This document shows positions 19,407 through 28,090 of a DNA stretch of 64,000 nucleotides, in pieces. Under the pieces are notes generated by a model. The model was given only the letters and a program-made list of their open reading frames with translations, had not been told where the DNA came from and did not search any database. A program made the translations under genes and the position numbers. How positions within the stretch are numbered: position 1 is the first letter of the stretch; every line of letters begins with the position of its first letter. This stretch comes from Chloroflexi bacterium UBA6622. GTDB lineage: Bacteria; Chloroflexota; UBA11872. The stretch covers positions 25,764 to 89,763 of the forward strand of contig DJHK01000028.1 in assembly GCA_002433065.1 (NCBI GenBank), in the 5' to 3' direction.

Positions 19407-19601
19407 ATGGCTACTTACGAATGCGCGGCGTGTGGGATGTCTGCTGACATTACCTGTGGCCAGTGCGGTGATCCTTTGGTCAATGACAGTATCACGACAG
19501 ATGACGGTTCCTCAGTACAGGTATCCAAATGCCCGAACGGGCATGGGAAGATAAAATCCCCGTCGTGTTGTGGCAATGAGATGGCTTGTTCGGTTGGATA
19601 A
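19407..19601 (+). CDS. cysteine-rich 64-aa protein, putative metal-binding (desulforedoxin-like CxxC...CC)
   Basis: GGAG lies ~10 nt upstream of the ATG. Nine Cys and one His in 64 aa: YECAACG, TCGQCG, CPNGHG, SCCGNEMAC. Confidence 0.55.
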   Translation: MATYECAACGMSADITCGQCGDPLVNDSITTDDGSSVQVSKCPNGHGKIKSPSCCGNEMACSVG

Positions 19602-19653
19602 GACTTCTGGCCACGAAGGTTCTATGAAGTATGGTTCGAGATAGCCACGAATA

Positions 19654-19854
19654 GTGATGGATTGGTCTCTGGCATCAGTGGCTCGGCTAGGTACATTGGT
19701 GTTTCTCGGCATTCTTAAGTTGGTACTGGCTGGTGCCGGTTTGGTATCGCCTTGGTTTTATGTCGTTGGGTGCTTGTTGCTCGCGCTTGCAGGGTTCTTT
19801 GGATCAATATCAGGGTGGCCGAAGGATAATTCAGGCGGGGGCACCATCGTTTAG
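19654..19854 (+). CDS. small two-TM membrane protein (hypothetical)
   Basis: 66 aa with two hydrophobic helices (LGTLVFLGILKLVLAGAGLV; FYVVGCLLLALAGFFGSI). No recognisable family. Support comes only from coding context. Confidence 0.4.
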   Translation: MMDWSLASVARLGTLVFLGILKLVLAGAGLVSPWFYVVGCLLLALAGFFGSISGWPKDNSGGGTIV

Positions 19855-20061
19855 GTAGAACGTCGGTTTCAGGAAATGCCGCTTTCGATCTTGCCGGGGG
19901 AGTGTGGAGGCTTATATTCCATTTTGTTCTTGGTGGAGCGAGAGCGGTATCGATCTAGGTTTTGGCGAAAAATTGGTTGTAAGACCATTTACAATCTGGG
20001 GCCCACAATAGATGCACTGGTGAGTATCAGTTGATACCGCCACGCAGGAAACCTGGCTCAT

Positions 20062-20508
20062 ATGGGAACTCTACGAACCGTGTTTTCGTTTCCGTCGACT
20101 GTTGACAACACCACCGCGCGAACAGTGGCTGGTCTGGTTTCGGTTCTCGCAATAGTCACGCTCGTTCTAGCGGTCGCGGGTAGTGGGATCGAGGGCTGGT
20201 TTATGCTCGCTTTGGTTAGTGGGTATACGGGCCGGGTTTTTACCGGGACTACCATGTGTCCTTTTTCGCACCTTACGATGCGCGTGATTCTTCCAGTGGT
20301 GAAGTGGCCTCAACAACATGTAGATGGTCCGCCCAAGCGTTTTTCGTAGACGATAGGGCTTGTCTTATCGGTCGTAGCCACGCTCCTAAATCTAGTGAAT
20401 CCCACCGTTGCGATAATCCTGATCGGTGTTTTGCTGGTATGCGAACTTTTGGAGGCGGTCGTCGGGTTTTGTGTTGGATGCTTTGTGTATGCACAGTTCA
20501 ATGGCTGA
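20062..20508 (+). pseudogene. DUF4395-family membrane protein interrupted by one in-frame TAG (20347..20349)
   Basis: The track ORF 20062..20349 ends ...GPPKRFS*. The same frame continues TIGLVLSVVATLL...LEAVVGFCVGCFVYAQFNG* to the TGA at 20506..20508. Together they rebuild the family hallmarks P(P/K)RFAQ.iG and fGFC.GC. Confidence 0.7.
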
Positions 20509-20640
20509 TAGAAAAATAAGCACGGTGGCTTGTCTCTAGAGGTCACGATCGGGAGAGCGAATCGTTTTGGTTTCTCGTGATCTATAAAACTATTAGAGTC
20601 ATAGCGGGAGTTTAGGTCGGGGCTTCGTACACTGACTGGT

Positions 20641-23319
20641 ATGGCTACGGTACAACGACCGCGACTTATCGTGCTTGATTCGATGTCGCTGATTCATCGC
20701 GCCTACCATGCGGTGCCTCGAAACTTCGCTACGTCTTCTGGTGAGCTGACCAATGCCGTGTTCGGTTTTGCGAACATGTTGTTACGCATTGTCGATGAGA
20801 TTGAGCCTGACCATGCGGTCGCGGCTTTTGACTTGCCGGGCCCTACATTTCGAGATGAGATGTATGACTCATATAAGGCAAATCGTGAGGCCCCTGATGA
20901 CGATCTAATTGCTCAATTTGGTCGTGTTCGCCAGCTGGTGAATGCACTAGGCATCCCGATTTTTGAACTGCCTTCATATGAAGCGGACGATATGTTGGGC
21001 ACGATAGCTCATCAGGCGGAGGCATCTGGATTCGACGTATGGCTGGTGACAGGAGATCGAGACGCGTTTCAACTTGTCACTCAGCATGTGCGGGTCTTGA
21101 GCACCAATCCTAGGACTGGTGCCCCGCTTGTTTACGATGAGGATGCGGTAGTCGAGCGATGGGGCATACGGCCAGCTCAGGTTGTGGATTTTAAAGGACT
21201 GTTAGGGGATACCTCGGACAATATTCCCGGAGTGAGGGGCGTAGGTGAAAAGACAGCATCTGCGCTGCTTTCAACATACAAGGATATCGATGAAATCTAT
21301 GCCAATTTGGATGAGTTGAAGCCCGCTGTCCGACGCAGGCTTGAGGGTCAGCAAGAGGTTGCCCAGCTTTCGAGGAACTTGGCCACAATCGTCTGTGATG
21401 TTCCAGTCCAGTTTGAGCCTCAGAAGGCGAAGCTTTGGCAGCCAGACGCAGAAGCGGTTAGGAGCCTGTTCCAGGAATTAGAGTTTCGAAATCTAGCCGA
21501 TCGACTTACGTTTCTTGATGGGTCGGAGCCGGAGCCAGCTTTTGTGCTCCCGAGCGTAGCGCCCAAAATCATCGACGATCCCGACGAAGCTAGATCCCTT
21601 GTTCAGCAACTGATGGACGCTGAGCAAGTCGCCATTTTTCCGTGTGTTCGGGCTTCTACAGGAGAGGTTGACTTACTTGGTTTTGCGGTGGCTTGGACGG
21701 ATGAAACTGCCTACATCCCGATCACTAACAGTAGCGTCAGTCTTGATGAATTTCGTCCGTGGTTGGAGGCGAAGGATTCGAGCAAGGTCACATTCGATTC
21801 AAAGCTTTTGTATCGGGCTTTTTTCAATAGGGGCATCTCTTTAAGTGGTGTGATAAATGACTTGTTTCTCGCGGCATATATCGCGACACCGAGTGCGACT
21901 CCAAAATCATTAGAGGATTTGGTGTTTCGTCGTTGTGGTGTTGAGGTGGAACCGGAACTTCCACAACCACCGCCTGTCGGTAGCTTTGGTCAACTAAATA
22001 CTGGTGATGTTGTGCATCCCGCAGCTCTCCGTGCTTCTCTTGTCTTACTTCTAGCTCAAGAACTCGAGGTGCAGATTGTGGGCCTCAAGCTCACCTCGTT
22101 ACTTCAGCAAATGGAGCTGCCAGTTGCGCGGATTCTTGGCGACATGGAGCTTCGTGGGATTACGCTCGATGGTGAGGTCTTGCGAAAGTTGTCATTGTCG
22201 ATGACCAAGGAGATCCACGAACTTGAATCTGAGATTCATGGTGATGCTGGGCGTGAATTCAATATCAATTCACCGAAGCAACTCGGCTCGGTGTTGTTTG
22301 ATGAACTAGGTCTGCCTGTGGGGCGGAAAACCAAGACCGGTTACTCGACGGCCAGTGGTGTGCTCGAAGAGCTGGTAGAGGTTCACCCGATAGCGAGCCG
22401 AGTGCTCAAATTTCGAGAGCTAAGCAAGCTTCGGTCCACGTATGTTGATGCTTTACCTGGCTTGGTAAGTCCGATTACCGGGCGTGTTCACACCACGTTT
22501 AATCAGGCAGGGACTACGACCGGTCGTCTTTCGTCCTCGAGCCCGAATCTACAGAACATCCCGATCCGTACAGCTCGTGGTCGGGAAATTCGGCAGGCGT
22601 TTGTTGGCAGGGATAAGGATTGGTCACTTCTGGCTGTCGACTATTCTCAAATTGATCTGCGAGTGCTTGCTCATATCAGCGAAGACCCTGGGATGTGCCA
22701 GGCGTTTACTGATGGTCATGACATTCATTCAGCAACTGCTGCTCGTTTACACAACGTTTCGCTTGATCAGGTTACGGATGAGATGCGGCGGCTGGCGAAG
22801 ACAACAAACTTTGGCATTGTGTATGGGATTAGTGCTCGGGGGTTAGCGTCACAGACAGGTCTTTCCTTCAAGGAATCGGAGGCGTTTATTGAGAATTACT
22901 TTGCCATGTATCCAGGCGTGAAGGCGTACATGGACGCAACAATAGAGGAAGCCCACAATCGAGGTTACGTAGAGACCTTATTCAACCGACGACGATATCT
23001 CCCTGAATTAAAATCGCGGGCTTTCAACGAGCGCGCGGCAGCTGAGCGAATGGCGATTAACATGCCAATACAGGGGACGACCGCGGACATTATGAAAATG
23101 GCGATGGTTCGTGTTGATGAGGCTATTACGGTTGAAAATCTTTCTGGCCGGATGATTCTGCAGGTGCATGACGATTTGTTGTTTGAGGTTCCGTCTTCCG
23201 AACTTAAGCAGTTCTCGAGAGTTGCGTGCAATGGGATGACGTCGGCCGTCGACTTGCGAATCCCTCTTGTGGTGGATGCTAAGGTCGGACCAAATTGGCG
23301 AGACATGAAGGAACTTTAG
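20641..23319 (+). CDS. polA: DNA polymerase I
   Basis: 892 aa. 5'-3' exonuclease domain (GDRDAFQL), central 3'-5' exo-like domain, pol motif A (LLAVDYSQIDLRVLAH), motif B (RRLAKTTNFGIVYG), motif C (LQVHDDLLFE). Confidence 0.96.
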   Translation: MATVQRPRLIVLDSMSLIHRAYHAVPRNFATSSGELTNAVFGFANMLLRIVDEIEPDHAVAAFDLPGPTFRDEMYDSYKANREAPDDDLIAQFGRVRQLVNALGIPIFELPSYEADDMLGTIAHQAEASGFDVWLVTGDRDAFQLVTQHVRVLSTNPRTGAPLVYDEDAVVERWGIRPAQVVDFKGLLGDTSDNIPGVRGVGEKTASALLSTYKDIDEIYANLDELKPAVRRRLEGQQEVAQLSRNLATIVCDVPVQFEPQKAKLWQPDAEAVRSLFQELEFRNLADRLTFLDGSEPEPAFVLPSVAPKIIDDPDEARSLVQQLMDAEQVAIFPCVRASTGEVDLLGFAVAWTDETAYIPITNSSVSLDEFRPWLEAKDSSKVTFDSKLLYRAFFNRGISLSGVINDLFLAAYIATPSATPKSLEDLVFRRCGVEVEPELPQPPPVGSFGQLNTGDVVHPAALRASLVLLLAQELEVQIVGLKLTSLLQQMELPVARILGDMELRGITLDGEVLRKLSLSMTKEIHELESEIHGDAGREFNINSPKQLGSVLFDELGLPVGRKTKTGYSTASGVLEELVEVHPIASRVLKFRELSKLRSTYVDALPGLVSPITGRVHTTFNQAGTTTGRLSSSSPNLQNIPIRTARGREIRQAFVGRDKDWSLLAVDYSQIDLRVLAHISEDPGMCQAFTDGHDIHSATAARLHNVSLDQVTDEMRRLAKTTNFGIVYGISARGLASQTGLSFKESEAFIENYFAMYPGVKAYMDATIEEAHNRGYVETLFNRRRYLPELKSRAFNERAAAERMAINMPIQGTTADIMKMAMVRVDEAITVENLSGRMILQVHDDLLFEVPSSELKQFSRVACNGMTSAVDLRIPLVVDAKVGPNWRDMKEL

Positions 23320-23508
23320 TGCTTGATGATCGGTTTTCGTCTTCTGACTTACAGGGAAATGAGGCTCAGAACACATTCACGTGCAATACTTGGCCATTCA
23401 AGTCCATATGTACCAACACATATTTGGTGCTCCGTAAATAACAGCGGTTACGAACCTGTCTAGGCTGCTTATTCGAAGCTCCTGTGCCGGGCACGAAAAA
23501 CGGCCGGG

Positions 23509-24450
23509 ATGAGGGCGACAATCGTGTACGGCTTTCTTGGAGCCGGCAAGACTACGTTGCTGCGGTCCCTCGTGCCGCGTCTCACTACGATTGAACCCAC
23601 GGTTTTGCTAGTCAATGAATTCGGTATGGAAGGAACGGATCAGGTCGTTTTTGCTTCCGACAATCTTGTTGTCCGTGAATTGATCGGAGGCTGCGTATGT
23701 TGCGAGGTCCGTGGCGAATTGCTTGTGGCGCTAGACGAGATACATAAAACTGTGGGTCCCGCTCGCCTAGTAATCGAACCTACGGGTCTTGCTTCACCAG
23801 GCACGCTTGCAAACGTGTTTACGTCTCCTGTTGTGCAGTCTATTGTCACCGTTGACTCACTCCTCACGGTGCTCGATGCCTCAAACTTCGCCTTGGTTCG
23901 GGACAGTTTGGGTGAGTTTTACCCAAGGCAAGTTATTGATGCCGATCTAGTGTTAATAAACAAGCAGGATGTGGCGACTGAGGCTCAACGGCGAGAGGCT
24001 CGTGAGTGGGTACGCAGTCTTAATTCGCTGGCTACGGTGGTGGAGACGGTTCATTGCAACGTGAATCCAGACGTGGTGGTTGCGGCGATCAGGCAGGGTA
24101 GTCCTCGGATGTTCCTTGAGGATCCGAGACAAGGCACAGATGCGCATGATGGACTGGAGGTGCTAGGTCTCCAGCGGGTGGTGGTAGCCACCGATGGATT
24201 GGACACGGAAGTGGTTGAGCGGTTTGTCCAAGAATTGGCAAAGGGCACCTATGGTGAGGTAATTAGGGCGAAGGGTTTTGTGCCTGCAGGGAGCGAGTCG
24301 CATTTGATTGATGTGGTACTTGGGGATTGGGAGATTCGGCCGTTCGGTCCGGCGCCGGCTCGAATCGACGTGATTGGAAGAAATCTGGCATCTCACGAAA
24401 TGGAGCACGTGGTAACAAATGGCATTACAGAGTTCACGCGGACGACGTAG
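23509..24450 (+). CDS. COG0523 (CobW/YjiA-type) G3E metallochaperone GTPase
   Basis: 313 aa. P-loop GFLGAGKTTLL, the family CxCC motif GGCVCCEV, LVIEPTGLA, NKQD, and a C-terminal CobW_C-like domain. Confidence 0.9.
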   Translation: MRATIVYGFLGAGKTTLLRSLVPRLTTIEPTVLLVNEFGMEGTDQVVFASDNLVVRELIGGCVCCEVRGELLVALDEIHKTVGPARLVIEPTGLASPGTLANVFTSPVVQSIVTVDSLLTVLDASNFALVRDSLGEFYPRQVIDADLVLINKQDVATEAQRREAREWVRSLNSLATVVETVHCNVNPDVVVAAIRQGSPRMFLEDPRQGTDAHDGLEVLGLQRVVVATDGLDTEVVERFVQELAKGTYGEVIRAKGFVPAGSESHLIDVVLGDWEIRPFGPAPARIDVIGRNLASHEMEHVVTNGITEFTRTT

Positions 24451-24553
24451 CCGAAGGTCATCGACCTCCGGCTCAACGTCTGCGACGAACGTGGCGGATG
24501 GAACGGCTATTCCAAGTGAAGAAAAGGCGGTATCGCACCGGTCTCATCATCGA

Positions 24554-24997
24554 ATGATTGCTCAAGCCACCAACGCGTTGATCGAAAACTTTGGCGAACT
24601 ACGCAATCAGGTTGTTGAGACTGAGCGGGAATACAAGCGGGCTGACAAGGATCTCGATGCGGGGTTTTTTCAGATCCGAAAGCAGCTGGAAGCTGTGGAA
24701 AAACGTTTAACAGATTTTGTTGAAGAAATGACCCAGGTCGCGTTTGAATCAAACCTAAAAATTCGTGGTAATTCTGATCGACTCTCGGCACTTTGGGACG
24801 CGCTACAGGCTAATTCGCCAAACGTCGATGACGTTAAGCAGCGTCGAGAAGAGGCGGAGGCTCGAGAGTTGGCGCGCCAGGCCGAAATTGACAGGCGTTT
24901 AGTCGAACTTGCTACTCAGAAAGAAGAGAAGGAGGCGCCAGCGAAGGCTAAAGCCAGGCGAACTGCGACCCGAAAACCAAAAAGAAAGGGCGCGTAA
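24554..24997 (+). CDS. coiled-coil protein with a Lys/Arg-rich tail (hypothetical)
   Basis: ATG at 24554 inside track ORF 24419..24997; the start is uncertain. Heptad-rich helical sequence ending APAKAKARRTATRKPKRKGA. Its stop lies 2 nt before the GTG of the next gene. Confidence 0.5.
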   Translation: MIAQATNALIENFGELRNQVVETEREYKRADKDLDAGFFQIRKQLEAVEKRLTDFVEEMTQVAFESNLKIRGNSDRLSALWDALQANSPNVDDVKQRREEAEARELARQAEIDRRLVELATQKEEKEAPAKAKARRTATRKPKRKGA

Positions 24998-24999
24998 TT

Positions 25000-25764
25000 G
25001 TGCGACAGATTTCACCGATTCCTGAAAATATATCGGCAGATGTGAATGGAACTGGAAACTCGGAAGATCAGGAGTTTCGAGTTCTTGTGGACGAACTCAA
25101 ACAGGCGGTTGCTGCTGAGCGGCCTGGAGAACGGGAGCTTGTTGCTTCGATTAAAGAATTGGGCCGGCTTGCCAGTGCTAATGGTGACCAGTCTGGTGTC
25201 AGTGCTGGGAACGGACCCAAGTTACGGCTTGGTGTTTTTGTGGATACCGCAAACGTCAGTGATCGAGATCCAGACGACCCCATTCGCATTGATTTTTCCA
25301 AGTTGCTGAATCACGTGACGGCTGATCGTCGCTTGATTCATGCGAGAGCGTACTGTCCGATCTACGCTGATTTTGCAGGCCGTCTCGAGCATCAGCGCTC
25401 TGTTGCTCCGGTCTGGGGGTTGGGTTATGACGTAGTTACAAAACCTATCAAGGTGTTTTCTGACGGGACTCGGAAGGCCGATCTTGACATTGTGTTGGTT
25501 ATGGATGTGATTCGTCGTGTTCCGACAATGGACGTTGTGGCTTTGGTTTCTGGCGATGGCGATTATGTTCCAATGGTCGATTTTCTTCGGGAGCACGGGT
25601 TGCGTGTTGAAACCTACTCGTTCGCGGACTCCATTTCTGAAGACCTGCGAGTAGCTGCTAATGACTGGACTGACCTGTCAGCCTCGAAGGCTCTACACGT
25701 TCGCAAAAGCCGTGCCCGACGTCCTGCATCGCGTGCCAGTAGGTCTCGTGCGACGACCCCATAG
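25000..25764 (+). CDS. NYN/LabA-like (PIN-fold) domain protein
   Basis: 254 aa. GVFVDTANV, DLDIVLVMDVI and VALVSGDGDYVPMVDFLREHGLRVETYSF match the LabA/DUF88 NYN acidic-residue pattern. Confidence 0.8.
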   Translation: MRQISPIPENISADVNGTGNSEDQEFRVLVDELKQAVAAERPGERELVASIKELGRLASANGDQSGVSAGNGPKLRLGVFVDTANVSDRDPDDPIRIDFSKLLNHVTADRRLIHARAYCPIYADFAGRLEHQRSVAPVWGLGYDVVTKPIKVFSDGTRKADLDIVLVMDVIRRVPTMDVVALVSGDGDYVPMVDFLREHGLRVETYSFADSISEDLRVAANDWTDLSASKALHVRKSRARRPASRASRSRATTP

Positions 25765-25781
25765 GGTTTGTGGAGGTGTTC

Positions 25782-25955
25782 ATGGGTAATCGCAAGCGTC
25801 GCCGGCGCACGTCGTCTGAAATGAGGCGTCGGACTCGTCTGCCGTCTATGCGGAAGTGGTTCACTCTCACGCGTGTTTGGTCAGTGCTTGCATTACTTGC
25901 AGTGCTCGTGCTCATTTTGTCGCTCATTGCGCCAGCATTTACAGCTGGAGTCTAG
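25782..25955 (+). CDS. 57-aa Arg-rich single-pass membrane miniprotein
   Basis: GGAGG at 25772..25776 lies 5 nt before the ATG at 25782. The sequence is MGNRKRRRRTSSEMRRRTRLPSMRKWFTLTR plus one TM (VWSVLALLAVLVLILSLIAPAF) plus a 4-residue tail. Charge distribution predicts N-in topology. Confidence 0.55.
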   Translation: MGNRKRRRRTSSEMRRRTRLPSMRKWFTLTRVWSVLALLAVLVLILSLIAPAFTAGV

Positions 25956-26007
25956 GGGCAACTCGTTGACGGACTCGCTATCGAAGCGTTCTGAGACTAG
26001 AAAGACG

Positions 26008-27141
26008 GTGTCGGGTCAGTGGCGCGTCTTTTCGATTCGGGGCACTGATATTAGCCTTGATGCCAGCTGGTTGGTCATTTTCGCATTTGTGACCTACACG
26101 ACTGCCACCTCAATAATTCCAGTGCGTCTGGCTAACGAGAGTTTCCGGAGTTCCGGTGCAGTGGAAGCATCGGAACTGACTCTTTGGTTAGCAGGTTTAG
26201 TCACCAGTCTTTTGTTCTTTACGTCGATTTTGTTGCACGAAGCAGCCCACGCCGTGGTTGCGGTTCGCACAGGTATTCCGGTGCGAAGAATTCGGCTCTT
26301 TATTTTTGGCGGAGTAGCTGAAATTGGAAGTGAGCCGAGTCGTCCAGGACAGGAATTCGTTATAACGATTGTGGGTCCTCTTACGAGCGCAGCCCTCGGC
26401 GGTTTGTTCATTGTTCTCGCCGGGAATTTCCCGGCTGTATCTATTCCTCATGTCACTATGACGTGGTTGGGTCAAATGAATCTGGTCCTGGCAGTTTTCA
26501 ACATGTTGCCGGGGTTTCCGTTGGATGGTGGAAGAATCCTACGATCAATGGTCTGGGCATTTTCTGGAAATTTCTTGCGAGCAACCGGGATAGCGAGTTT
26601 TATTGGGTCGGCACTCGGAGTGGCGCTCATCGTTTACGGTCTTGCCCAATTGTTTATGCAGGCATCATCGGTGCAGTCAATCTGGACCCTTTTGATCGGG
26701 TGGCTTCTTTGGTCGTCAGCTCGAGGCGGCTACAAAGATGCGAAAAGACGTGAGCGATTCAAAGGTGTCTGGGTTCGCGACGTCTTTCATTCGGATACTG
26801 GGGCTGTTCCTGATGATGGAACTGTTCAGGAATTTATGGAACGGGGACTCCATCACGATGGGCACGAAACCCGGCCAGTTGTTGATCCGGTTGGGCGTCT
26901 TGCGGGCGTTTTGGTTATGCAGGATATTGCGGGCATTCCTGTTGAGCGTCGATCGGATACCCTGCTGCGGGAGGCTGCACGGTCCGTAGATGATGCTTCC
27001 CTGATCGATCCGAACGAGTCGCTCGAGAATGCGTTCAATAGGGCTAGGGATGAAGGCGTTCGACGATTCCTTGTGGTGGAGCGCGACCGGCTTGTTGGCG
27101 CGGTTGATGTGCTTGATGTGCTTCGGCGGGGTCGGTTTTAG
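26008..27141 (+). CDS. M50 site-2 protease with a C-terminal CBS pair
   Basis: HExxH in a TM segment (LLHEAAHAVVA) and the second metal-ligand motif NMLPGFPLDGGR. The C-terminal ~120 aa is CBS-like (VVDPVGRLAGVLVMQDI, LVVERDRLVGAVDVLDV). I chose the GTG at 26008 (VSGQWRVFSIRG) because family N-termini start here. The track ATG at 25873 would overlap the miniprotein. Confidence 0.85.
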   Translation: MSGQWRVFSIRGTDISLDASWLVIFAFVTYTTATSIIPVRLANESFRSSGAVEASELTLWLAGLVTSLLFFTSILLHEAAHAVVAVRTGIPVRRIRLFIFGGVAEIGSEPSRPGQEFVITIVGPLTSAALGGLFIVLAGNFPAVSIPHVTMTWLGQMNLVLAVFNMLPGFPLDGGRILRSMVWAFSGNFLRATGIASFIGSALGVALIVYGLAQLFMQASSVQSIWTLLIGWLLWSSARGGYKDAKRRERFKGVWVRDVFHSDTGAVPDDGTVQEFMERGLHHDGHETRPVVDPVGRLAGVLVMQDIAGIPVERRSDTLLREAARSVDDASLIDPNESLENAFNRARDEGVRRFLVVERDRLVGAVDVLDVLRRGRF

Positions 27142-27217
27142 CTTGTTCATGTCGGGTGGTGATCGCTGTGTCAATTATCATCGGTATACGTTCGACGGTT
27201 AGTGAAGGGCAATCCTA

Positions 27218-28090
27218 TTGGTTGAAATTTTGAAACAGGCGGTTTTTGTTGATCTTTCCTCTCTGGATGCAATGTCGAGTGAGCATGGTGTGCAGGTGCA
27301 TCATGGGTCTCTTCTGGAGAGACTTTCCCAAAATCGCCGGCTTGTTCGCGCTGTGGCATATGGGACACTCGACGACGACCGTCCTGATGCTCAGTCCAGA
27401 CTTTCCCAAATTTCGGACGGTGGTTTTAAGATCGTCAGTAAACCCTTGCGGCGCCGCGCGGATGGTGTTCTGAGGGCTAGCTTAAACGTAAATATTGCGG
27501 TCGATGCGCTTGAGCTTGCGCCACATATTGAACTACTGACCTTGGTCACTGCTGACACTGACTTCATTCCACTAGTTGAGGCTATGCAACGTTCTGCCGT
27601 AAGAGTAGAACTGGTTACAACTCAAAAACTTGCGAGTTCCGGATTGTTGCAATCTGCAGATGCAGTGATTGATTCTTCAGGTCTATTTGATGAGGTTAGA
27701 CGTGCGATGAATCGTCCTCGAAATAGAATTCGAGAACGGGATGACGCTAGACCTCGGGTACAGCGATCCCGTCAGCGGCCTTCAGGTCGTCGGTATGGGC
27801 GAGAGCCGACGAGTGCGGGAGTTGATCAAACAGATGATGTTAATGAGGGTTCGATGCCTACAGGTTCTGCCGAAAAAACAGTCGAGCCAGTCACATCAGG
27901 CACTGAGCATGATCTACAACCAAAGCAAGAAGGTGCTGGAGGCCAACATCCGTTGAAAGACCCTGCTGTGGGTTCGCGGTCTGAAGTGTTGCGTGATAAA
28001 GAAGCAAAGGATTTGCCCAGGCCTGTGATTGCGTTGCCCGAAGAAAACCTGTCAGGGCGTGCTGTGTCTGCGCGTCGCGATACCGAGTAA
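27218..28090 (+). CDS. NYN/LabA-like domain protein with an Arg-rich disordered C-terminal half
   Basis: 290 aa, TTG start. AVFVDLSSLD, NIAVDALEL and LTLVTADTDFIPLVEAMQRSAVRVELV fit the NYN fold. Residues ~150-290 are low-complexity and basic. Confidence 0.8.
   Translation: MVEILKQAVFVDLSSLDAMSSEHGVQVHHGSLLERLSQNRRLVRAVAYGTLDDDRPDAQSRLSQISDGGFKIVSKPLRRRADGVLRASLNVNIAVDALELAPHIELLTLVTADTDFIPLVEAMQRSAVRVELVTTQKLASSGLLQSADAVIDSSGLFDEVRRAMNRPRNRIRERDDARPRVQRSRQRPSGRRYGREPTSAGVDQTDDVNEGSMPTGSAEKTVEPVTSGTEHDLQPKQEGAGGQHPLKDPAVGSRSEVLRDKEAKDLPRPVIALPEENLSGRAVSARRDTE

Noticed and set aside
19977-19994. TTGTAA-GACCAT-TTACAA palindrome 68 nt upstream of the DUF4395 gene, with CRP-like 5-6-5 geometry
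   Set aside because: The 6-bp arms are well within chance expectation. Its spacing differs from the 49996 palindrome, so the two do not define a shared motif.
20256-20519. 87-aa plus-strand ORF overlapping the DUF4395 locus
   Set aside because: It is out of frame with the DUF4395 reading frame, which continues with strong family motifs after the TAG. Its Cys/Arg-rich sequence looks like a frame artefact.
23320-23508. 189-nt gap upstream of the COG0523 GTPase, inspected for a Zur box or an ncRNA
   Set aside because: COG0523 genes are often Zur-regulated, but I see no AT-rich Zur-type palindrome here. There are only short GC palindromes (GTGCCGGGCAC) and no structure suggestive of a known RNA family.
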